Positions 26,220-33,891 of a stretch of 64,000 nt of DNA are shown here, one piece after another. The DNA comes from an uncultured Gammaproteobacteria bacterium (GTDB lineage: Bacteria; Patescibacteriota; Microgenomatia; UBA1406; GWC2-37-13), in the NCBI GenBank assembly GCA_964392185.1, contig CAYMOO010000001.1:24060-88059 (forward strand), given 5' to 3'. How positions within the stretch are numbered: position 1 is the stretch's first letter; each line of letters starts with the position of its first letter. The notes below the pieces were generated by a model. That model was not told the DNA's origin. It saw nothing but the letters and a program-made list of their open reading frames with translations, and made no database searches. The position numbers and the translations under genes were made by a program.

Positions 26220-27272
26220 ATGAATCTAAAAAGACTTACTCTCTCCACCAACGACAAAATCGGTCTAATTAACAATATGGCTACGATGTTGTCTGCGGGC
26301 ATATCCATACTCGAAGCGGTCGATTCACTACTCGAGGATTCTAAGGGAAACCTAAAAAAAGTTACCCAGACCTTGCGCGACGACCTTGTTCAGGGCAATC
26401 ATGTTTATGAAACCTTCGCCAAATTCCCCAACATATTCGATAAAGTAACGGTCAATATTCTAAAAGCTTCCGAAGAAGCGGGCACACTCGACGTAACCCT
26501 AAAAGATCTGGCGAATAACATTCAAAAGGAAGTTGAGTTTAATGACAAAGTTAAGTCGGCGGTTATGTATCCGATACTAATATCTATTGTTTTTGTCGGA
26601 GTTATGCTTATGATATTAATAGTAGTCGTACCAAAGATCGCAACCGTTTTCACCCGTCTGAATGTCCCTCTACCCCTACCCACAAGAATTATGATCTTCG
26701 TATCGAATTTACTACTCCACCAAACAGTATTGCTCTTATCGGGACTGGTTATATTTTTAGCAATAATTATCACCTTGTATCGGATGAATAAAAAAGCAAT
26801 GATCAGATTGATTTTTTCTTTCCCGATAATAAGTGAGCTTGTAAAAGAAATAGACCTCACCAGATTTAGTCGTAGTTTCTATCACTTACTGTCTTCCGGC
26901 ATCCCCATAACATCAGCTCTTGAGCTATGTCAGGATATGGTAATCAGAAAAGATATTAGCCAAACTATCAGACTCACACGAGAAATGGTTTTGAGTGGAA
27001 AAAGACTTTCGGAGGGATTTAAAACGAACAAAAAAAATATCCCGACAATTATGTTGAAAATGATTGAAGCCGGAGAAAAGACAGGTACTCTCGATAAATC
27101 TATGCTAGAGATCGCCGAACACCTCGATTATCGGGTCACAAGTACTCTCAAGCTACTAACAGCCATGCTTGAACCAATTATGCTTGTTGTTGTTGGAGTG
27201 TGTATTGGTGGCATGATGCTGGCGATAATTGCTCCAATTTACGGCCTTATCGGACAAGTGGGACAACATTAA
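26220..27272 (+). CDS. pilC: Type IV pilus platform protein (PilC/GspF family)
   Basis: 350-aa ORF with two T2SSF repeats, three TM segments, and the C-terminal LEPIMLVVVGVCIGGMMLAIIAPIY typical of GspF/PilC. Confidence 0.85.
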   Translation: MNLKRLTLSTNDKIGLINNMATMLSAGISILEAVDSLLEDSKGNLKKVTQTLRDDLVQGNHVYETFAKFPNIFDKVTVNILKASEEAGTLDVTLKDLANNIQKEVEFNDKVKSAVMYPILISIVFVGVMLMILIVVVPKIATVFTRLNVPLPLPTRIMIFVSNLLLHQTVLLLSGLVIFLAIIITLYRMNKKAMIRLIFSFPIISELVKEIDLTRFSRSFYHLLSSGIPITSALELCQDMVIRKDISQTIRLTREMVLSGKRLSEGFKTNKKNIPTIMLKMIEAGEKTGTLDKSMLEIAEHLDYRVTSTLKLLTAMLEPIMLVVVGVCIGGMMLAIIAPIYGLIGQVGQH

Positions 27273-27334
27273 TAAAACGCAGTTTGGAGAATAATACTCA
27301 TATGTAGCCGCTTCCTAAATGATATAAATAAAGT

Positions 27335-27817
27335 ATGTTGCGCATTAAAGGATTCACCGTGATCGAGCTTGCGGTTGTGTTGGGAATACTAACTACCATC
27401 ATGGGAATAGCGGCTATCAATCTGACTACCATACAGCATAAAACATATCTCGCAACAACAGTTGATACTGTGATCGCCGATATAAAAAAACAACAGCTCA
27501 AAGCGATGATTGGTGATTCCGAAGGTAGATCCAGTCATGACAGATATGGGGTTTATTTTGAATCAGACAGATATACGCTTTTCCACGGACTCAATTATTC
27601 TCCGTCTGATCTAGCAAATAAAGTAGTGCCACTAGACAACAGCATTATATTCGGTACCATATCCTTTCCTCAAAATAAAATCGTTTTCGAGGGTGTTAGC
27701 GGAGAAATAAATAACTATACATCTGGATCAGATAAATTCATCTTAAAAAATAGCGTAACGAACGAACAGAGAACGATCACCTTTAATCGTTATGGGGTAA
27801 TCATTTCAGTTAACTAA
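27335..27817 (+). CDS. Prepilin-type minor pilin
   Basis: It has the class III signal MLRIKG|FTVIELAVVLGIL (Gly-1, Glu+5). Confidence 0.75.
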   Translation: MLRIKGFTVIELAVVLGILTTIMGIAAINLTTIQHKTYLATTVDTVIADIKKQQLKAMIGDSEGRSSHDRYGVYFESDRYTLFHGLNYSPSDLANKVVPLDNSIIFGTISFPQNKIVFEGVSGEINNYTSGSDKFILKNSVTNEQRTITFNRYGVIISVN

Positions 27818-30800
27818 ATGATAATAAAAACACGCGGACAATCACTGGTTGAGTTGCTGCTTGCGGTAGCTTTGGCAGCGGTGATTTTACCAGCGCTTCT
27901 TACCGGCATGGTAGCAACACGCGAAGGCAAAGCACAACAGAATCAAAGATCCGAAGCGGTAACAATACTTAAGGAAACTGAGGATGCAGTTCGTCGTGTA
28001 CGTGATAATGGCTGGACAACCTTCGCCGTAAACGGGACATTTCACCCGGTAAGTAATGGCACAAACTGGACATTGTCGGCCGGATCGGATACTGTTGGTG
28101 ATTTTACAAGATCGGTAACCATAAGTAATGTTGAGCGTAATAGTGGCGGCGCCATAGTTAGTAGCGGAGGGACTACGGATCCTTCAACAAAAAAAGCCAC
28201 CATTACTATAAACTGGACCCAGCCACACACTTCATCGATAACTTCTACCCTATATATCACCCGCTATAAAGATAATGTTGCTTACGTGCAGACATCTAAA
28301 GCCGACTTCGACAGCGACACATTGACACAGCTCATAACCACAAATACCAGTGGCGGCGAAGTACAGCTTTCGGATAACACGAAAGCCAAATGGTGCACAC
28401 CATCCTTTGCCAGTTCAACTATTGACCTACCTGACGGTCCTCCAGTTGCGGTTTCCGCAACTGCTAGCGCCTCCGTAAGCGTGCCTAACGATGTATTTGT
28501 GGCAATTGCTCCTTATACCACCAGCTCGGCAAAACTTGCTTATATAAATGTTTCAGCTAATGTCGATCCCCCCGCTTCTACTCTAAAGGGGACATTTACT
28601 TTAGACGCCAGTAAATATAGCGATGCTGGTCTAGTGCCCAGTGGCATAGGACTTGACAACTCATTCAAAACCAATGACGTAAAATTCTACAAATCAGCTT
28701 CGGGTAAATTATATGCTCTGCTTGCGACCGACCTCCCCACCAAAGAAGTTGTAGTAGTACAAATCAACAATGGCAGCACCGATTCATATCAAGATCCAAC
28801 AAATAAAATCTACCGATACTGGACATATTATGACACTTCTATTTACGGGCGTGCTTCTTCTTCGGGCGCAACACCCACTCCAACACCCACTCCAACAAGC
28901 GCGGTATCTAATACAGGCAATCTCAATCCATCGGCAAACGTAGCCGACGGCGGCGGCGACGGCAACGGCTTCCAAACCTCACCAACCAACGCCTATAGCT
29001 CAAACTCACAGTTTGCGTCAGACACAAACAGTGGTAGTGGTACAAGCACCAGTTGCGCCAATTCCGGGAAAGACAGTCATCAATTTTACAACTATAATAT
29101 TTCGATACCGAATGGTGCATCAATCGATGGGATCGAAGTGAGGTTGGATGCCAAAGTGGACTCCACCACCGGGGCTCCAAAAATGTGTGCACAACTTTCT
29201 TGGGATGGTGGCAGCAATTGGACGAGTACACAATCGACAAGTACGCTCTCAACAAGCAATCAAACTTATACACTTGGTGGCCCAGCAGACACTTGGGGCC
29301 GGGTATGGAATAGTGCTACCAACTTTACAAACGCAAACTTTAGATTAAGAGTAATTAATGTCGCTTCAAATACGAGCCGCGATTTTTCACTGGATTGGGC
29401 AGCGGTAAAAGTTTACTATACCCCATTATCACCCACCAATACGCCTACCCCGGCCGCGACGGCTACTCCCACACCAACACCAACTTTGCTTCCGGCAGGC
29501 TCAAGTGACCAAGCACCATTTGGCTATGGAGCAACTTCAATAACTACAGAAGGCAATCGGGGATACGTTTCATCTGGTGGATATCTATATGCTTTCGATC
29601 TTAGTAACATCGACTCCAAATCACCGTCAGATGGTTTGGACGGAGTGGGCTGTCGCATTCAACTTGATGGGTACGACTGTCAACCAGGATCAGGCACGGA
29701 TAAAAAATACAGTTCGGGACAGTCGGGCGCAAGTTGGAGCGATACCACCAGCCCCGCCCACAACGACTGCTCCGACGGTGGCAACATCGAGCTATATGCT
29801 ACAAACGACATATACCCGGTATCCGTCGGATCTAACACTTATATTTACGTTGCGGTTGGCGCTGGTACAAATCCGGAATTTGAAATCGTAGATGTGTCAT
29901 CGCCGCCGACAGGAGGGACGGCCATGACGGGTAGTAGTTGTGGCAGAATTTCCGGCGGAGCAACCGGTTGGAAGCTTACCGGATCTTTAGATTTCAATTC
30001 GCAGTCCAATACCGAGGAGGCTGCCAATTCTGTGTATGCCAAATCCGATGGGTCCAGAGCATACATATCGTCAAACGGTGGTATAGACGGCAATAACAAC
30101 GGTCAACCGGACAGCCGACAATTTTATGTCCTCAACACTACAAATAAAAGCAGCATCTCGTTTCTATCAGGCACATCCAGCACAGGAGCGACCAGTGGTT
30201 ATTACTCAGGAGACTCGACCCAAATACAAATGTTTCCTCGTCGCTCATTGACTGTCCTCAATGGACAAAGAGCCGTGCTGGTAGGTAAAGATGGTTACCC
30301 CGCCGATGCCACCAATCCGCAAGAATACCAAGTGATCGATATTACCAGTGAATCATCACCCTCATATTGTAGCGGAATAGACTTCGATAACGGATTCAAT
30401 GACCTCACCTCTGTGTCCGAAGCTGACGGCGACAATTTCGTATATATGGTCGCAAACACTAATGTAAATGAATTGAAAATTATCCAAGGAGGCCCCGACG
30501 GAAGATACCTCGACTCAGGCACATTAGTGTCTACGATCTACAACCCAGGTTATCAAACGGCATTCAACCGTATTGTTGCCACAAGCTCTACTCCCACCAA
30601 CACCTCTATTCAACTGCAAATAGCCCTAGCCGATCCGGTATCGGGCAGCTGTAATAGTGCCGTTTACAACTATGTTGGACCAGATGGTACTAGTGGCAGT
30701 TTTTTCGGTTCTACCGGAGGAGTTATTGCTATAAATGACGATGGGTCAGGATATGAGAATCCGGCGCAGTGCATGCGATACAAAGCTTTCTTCTCAACTA

Positions 30801-30856
30801 CCGATTTCAACACGACACCCATACTTTATGATGTAACGATAAATTATTCGCCATAA
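27818..30856 (+). CDS. Giant pilin-like protein (1012 aa), candidate pilus-tip adhesin
   Basis: It has the prepilin-like N-terminus MIIKTRG|QSLVELLLAVALAAVIL (Glu+5). TPTPTPTPT and TPTPAATATPTPTPT linkers flank a ~170-aa inserted module. The C-terminal half carries LVIVD-like repeat motifs (LYAFDLSNIDSKSP, EFEIVDVSSPP, YQVIDITSESSP). Confidence 0.7.
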   Translation: MIIKTRGQSLVELLLAVALAAVILPALLTGMVATREGKAQQNQRSEAVTILKETEDAVRRVRDNGWTTFAVNGTFHPVSNGTNWTLSAGSDTVGDFTRSVTISNVERNSGGAIVSSGGTTDPSTKKATITINWTQPHTSSITSTLYITRYKDNVAYVQTSKADFDSDTLTQLITTNTSGGEVQLSDNTKAKWCTPSFASSTIDLPDGPPVAVSATASASVSVPNDVFVAIAPYTTSSAKLAYINVSANVDPPASTLKGTFTLDASKYSDAGLVPSGIGLDNSFKTNDVKFYKSASGKLYALLATDLPTKEVVVVQINNGSTDSYQDPTNKIYRYWTYYDTSIYGRASSSGATPTPTPTPTSAVSNTGNLNPSANVADGGGDGNGFQTSPTNAYSSNSQFASDTNSGSGTSTSCANSGKDSHQFYNYNISIPNGASIDGIEVRLDAKVDSTTGAPKMCAQLSWDGGSNWTSTQSTSTLSTSNQTYTLGGPADTWGRVWNSATNFTNANFRLRVINVASNTSRDFSLDWAAVKVYYTPLSPTNTPTPAATATPTPTPTLLPAGSSDQAPFGYGATSITTEGNRGYVSSGGYLYAFDLSNIDSKSPSDGLDGVGCRIQLDGYDCQPGSGTDKKYSSGQSGASWSDTTSPAHNDCSDGGNIELYATNDIYPVSVGSNTYIYVAVGAGTNPEFEIVDVSSPPTGGTAMTGSSCGRISGGATGWKLTGSLDFNSQSNTEEAANSVYAKSDGSRAYISSNGGIDGNNNGQPDSRQFYVLNTTNKSSISFLSGTSSTGATSGYYSGDSTQIQMFPRRSLTVLNGQRAVLVGKDGYPADATNPQEYQVIDITSESSPSYCSGIDFDNGFNDLTSVSEADGDNFVYMVANTNVNELKIIQGGPDGRYLDSGTLVSTIYNPGYQTAFNRIVATSSTPTNTSIQLQIALADPVSGSCNSAVYNYVGPDGTSGSFFGSTGGVIAINDDGSGYENPAQCMRYKAFFSTTDFNTTPILYDVTINYSP

Positions 30857-30858
30857 AT

Positions 30859-31356
30859 ATGAAACTAAAAATAAAGAAAAATTCCGGATTTACCGTAGTT
30901 GAACTTATTTTATATATGGCGATTATGGGAATATTTCTGACTGTACTAACTGAGATTTTTACATCCATAAGTGGGGTGCGCACCGAATCTGAAATTAGCT
31001 CCAGCGTTGCACAGGACAACACCTTCATACTGGCCCGCCTCATGTATGATATTCAAAGAGCAGACAATGCTACGACTCCGGCAACGGCAGGACAACAATC
31101 ATCATCACTCCAGCTGACGATTGGTGGCGCAACTAATACGTATTCAATAGTTGGTGGTAATCTTAAATTAACCAATGCGAGTGGCAGCAACAATCTCAAC
31201 GGCTTCAATACATCTATATCAAATTTAAACTTCACAAGATTGGGTAATGGTAGTGATACCGATACTATAAAAATTAGCTACACAATAACCAGCAGGCAAT
31301 CTGATAAAAACGGGGTCGAGTCCAAGACGGTCCAAACAACTGTCGGTTTAAGATAA
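30859..31356 (+). CDS. Prepilin-type minor pilin
   Basis: It has the class III signal MKLKIKKNSG|FTVVELILYMAIMGIF (Glu+5). Confidence 0.75.
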   Translation: MKLKIKKNSGFTVVELILYMAIMGIFLTVLTEIFTSISGVRTESEISSSVAQDNTFILARLMYDIQRADNATTPATAGQQSSSLQLTIGGATNTYSIVGGNLKLTNASGSNNLNGFNTSISNLNFTRLGNGSDTDTIKISYTITSRQSDKNGVESKTVQTTVGLR

Positions 31357-31392
31357 AAGACATCCGCTCGATAACTTGTATAATAAAATATT

Positions 31393-31791
31393 ATGTCCAT
31401 GCCATATTTAAAAAGTAAATTATCCTCAAAGGGTCAAGCGGTCGTGACCTTGCTTATATTTATGGTTATCGGAGTTACCGTTACCACTGCGGGTACCATC
31501 CTTATCATGACCAGCTCGTCCTCAACAAGTGCTCTACAGGAGGGCGTGATCGCTCGACAGATGGCCGAAAGCGGGGCGGAAAATGCTATGATAAGATTAT
31601 TGAGAGATCCGTCTTATACAGGAGAAACTATGGCTATCGACAGTGGAACAGCTACTATTACGGTAAGCGGCACCAACCCAAAAACAATATTGTCTACGGG
31701 TAAAAACGGAAATTATATCCGCAAAATACAGGTAACGGCATCTGATGTCAACAACATCTTAACCGTTACGTCTTGGGGTGAAATTTTCTAA
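31393..31791 (+). CDS. Pilin-like protein lacking Glu+5 (PilX/GspK-like minor pilin)
   Basis: 132-aa ORF with N-terminus KLSSKG|QAVVTLLIFMVIGVTV. The hydrophobic helix is present, but position +5 is Thr. Confidence 0.5.
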   Translation: MSMPYLKSKLSSKGQAVVTLLIFMVIGVTVTTAGTILIMTSSSSTSALQEGVIARQMAESGAENAMIRLLRDPSYTGETMAIDSGTATITVSGTNPKTILSTGKNGNYIRKIQVTASDVNNILTVTSWGEIF

Positions 31792-31797
31792 ACAAAT

Positions 31798-32910
31798 ATG
31801 AATACGAAATTCAAAGGAATCATTTACCTGCATAAAGATTCAATAGACTATGCAACCTCTCAGAAACCGGAGACACTAAACATCAAATTCTCCTCCGAGA
31901 TGGTGCAAGATATGGAAATAATAAATGAAGAAAAAATACAAGAGGCTATCAATAATTTATTTGAGAAAGAAAAAATCTCGCCGGCGCACAATCTAGTAAT
32001 ACTTGGGGACTCACTTATTTTTTCAAAAACATTGACAGAAAAAACCCCTGATAAACAAGAGCTGGAGATCAAAGAGTATTTAAAAAATGTACCGTTCGAA
32101 AAAATATCGAGCAAAAATATAAAAGGTCCAAAAGAATCAAGGTTACTTGCGGCGAATAAAGATTTTTTCAATAAGATATGTTCCTTTTTTATCGCCAAAC
32201 AACACACGATTTCAGCCGTCACTTATCAATCCCTATTTACAAAAGAACTATCTACGGAATCCACCCTCAACTCCACTCAGGCAAAATCGCTCCTTGCATG
32301 GGTTGACTCTATTAAGCCAACCGATAACTTCAATGAACAATATGAGATTAGCAGATCAGATTCGGAACAATCTTTAATCATCGAAACGACTAAAAAAAAA
32401 TCTACCTTGCCCGTGCTACTTCCCGTATTCGCGGTTCTAATAATCGTCATGGTGGCTCTTTACCTCTCGCAACAGAACCAACAAAAAACCTATGTTGCCA
32501 AGGCGGAAAATAAGGCCAGAATCCTACCCACTTTTACACCCACTCCAAAGCTTGAACCGACGGCTGTGATAGGCACACAAGAAGCAAAATTAAAAGACAG
32601 CGACTACGCTATTTCTATTCGTATACTCAACGGTTCGGGAATCGTCGGCCAAGCGGAAAAAACAAAAAAAATTCTTATTGATGCTGGATTCAATAATATA
32701 TCAACGGGCAACGCCTCAACCGGAACTCAAGAAAAAACCTTAGTCGTGTTTTCTCAATCATTAACCGAGCAAGTAAAATCCATAATTATGGCTGGTCTAA
32801 AACAGACATACACCGATATAAATTCCCAGGAAACACAAGAATCTCAGTATCAGGTTATAATCACCGTCGGCTCGCAGGTTGCAAACCCTACCTTCGCACC
32901 TCGACCATAA
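31798..32910 (+). CDS. Bitopic membrane protein with C-terminal LytR_C (LytR/CpsA/Psr C-terminal) domain
   Basis: 370-aa ORF with a central TM helix (LPVLLPVFAVLIIVMVALYL). The C-terminal ISIRILNGSGIVGQAEKTKKILIDAGFNNISTGNA matches the LytR_C pattern. Confidence 0.55.
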   Translation: MNTKFKGIIYLHKDSIDYATSQKPETLNIKFSSEMVQDMEIINEEKIQEAINNLFEKEKISPAHNLVILGDSLIFSKTLTEKTPDKQELEIKEYLKNVPFEKISSKNIKGPKESRLLAANKDFFNKICSFFIAKQHTISAVTYQSLFTKELSTESTLNSTQAKSLLAWVDSIKPTDNFNEQYEISRSDSEQSLIIETTKKKSTLPVLLPVFAVLIIVMVALYLSQQNQQKTYVAKAENKARILPTFTPTPKLEPTAVIGTQEAKLKDSDYAISIRILNGSGIVGQAEKTKKILIDAGFNNISTGNASTGTQEKTLVVFSQSLTEQVKSIIMAGLKQTYTDINSQETQESQYQVIITVGSQVANPTFAPRP

Positions 32911-32929
32911 ACCCTTCTCCTCAATGTAC

Positions 32930-32958
32930 TTGACATTATTAATAAACTTATATAGTCT
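32930..32958 (+). promoter_or_regulatory. Candidate sigma70-type promoter of the major pilin gene
   Basis: TTGACA (32930-32935), a 17-nt spacer, then TAGTCT (32953-32958). It lies about 35 nt upstream of the pilin ATG. Confidence 0.3.
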
Positions 32959-32991
32959 GATATTAATCGTTATTAAATTAGTTCATTTTAT

Positions 32992-33447
32992 ATGAAAAAA
33001 ATGGTCTCACGAGGTTTCACCCTCATTGAGCTTTTGGTCGTTATCGGCATTTTGGCCGTTCTGTTAGCAATAACTCTTATCGCCATAAATCCGGCCCGCC
33101 AGTTTGCTCAGTCAAACAATACGAAAAGAGCCAGTGATGTAAACGCTATTCTTAATGCTATAAATCAGTACCAGACAGACAATCGTGGAGCGCTTCCTGC
33201 AGGAATTACACAAAATGTACTAAATGTCTCCAGTACCGGAGCAAACATCTGTACGATTTTGGTACCCACATATATTGCTCAACTTCCGGTTGACCCGAGT
33301 ATCAACAATGGAACCGCCCTCAGTGCGGCAGATTGTGCAAACGCCTATGATACCGGCTACACCGTAGTTCAGGGAGCATCCGACAACAGAATCACTGTTG
33401 CCGCACCAGCAGCCGAGCTTAGTGCTACGATTCAAGTTACTCGATAA
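32992..33447 (+). CDS. pilA: Major type IV pilin (PilA-like)
   Basis: 151-aa ORF with the class III signal MKKMVSRG|FTLIELLVVIGILAVLLAITLIAINP (Glu+5). It appears to have its own promoter and terminator. Confidence 0.8.
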   Translation: MKKMVSRGFTLIELLVVIGILAVLLAITLIAINPARQFAQSNNTKRASDVNAILNAINQYQTDNRGALPAGITQNVLNVSSTGANICTILVPTYIAQLPVDPSINNGTALSAADCANAYDTGYTVVQGASDNRITVAAPAAELSATIQVTR

Positions 33448-33460
33448 TTTCTTTTAATAA

Positions 33461-33495
33461 ATCCCGTCCCCAATATCGGGGACGGGATTTTTTTT
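33461..33495 (+). terminator. Rho-independent terminator after the major pilin gene
   Basis: The stem CCCGTCCCC (33463-33471) pairs with GGGGACGGG (33478-33486) around the loop AATATC. It is followed by ATTTTTTTT. Confidence 0.75.
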
Positions 33496-33506
33496 GCTAT
33501 AATGAC

Positions 33507-33884
33507 ATGATGAATAAATCGACCGTACTCCTCGTTGAAGATGATGAATTCTTGAGAGAATTATATACAGATCTGCTTGAAGAAGCGGGTTTTGTTATTC
33601 AGACCGCTTCCGATGGAAAAACTGCTTATGACAAACTAATCACAAACACATTCGATATAACTTTGCTCGACGTCAATCTTCCACTCATGAACGGGATCGA
33701 AGTGGTGAAAAAACTTCATGAAAATAATAAAAAAGCGGATATTGTTTTTCTCACCAATATGGAAGATAATGAACTTTTAGAAGCGGCAAAAAAATATGGG
33801 TGTGAATACTTCCAGAAAAGCGCTCTGTCTCCCAAAGAATTCATAAAAAGAGTAAATCAACATCTCGATCTTAATCGAGTATAA
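33507..33884 (+). CDS. Single-domain response regulator (REC only)
   Basis: 125-aa ORF with VLLVEDDEFLRELY, the acceptor context ITLLDVNLP, and IVFLTN. Confidence 0.8.
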   Translation: MMNKSTVLLVEDDEFLRELYTDLLEEAGFVIQTASDGKTAYDKLITNTFDITLLDVNLPLMNGIEVVKKLHENNKKADIVFLTNMEDNELLEAAKKYGCEYFQKSALSPKEFIKRVNQHLDLNRV

Positions 33885-33891
33885 TGGTTTT

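Noticed and set aside
28860-29500. Short tandem DNA repeats (ACACCCACTCCA x2 and related ACNCC runs), considered as a possible CRISPR or VNTR
   Set aside because: They encode the Thr-Pro linkers of the giant pilin, are in frame, and lack spacer-repeat periodicity. No CRISPR-like array was seen anywhere in the window.
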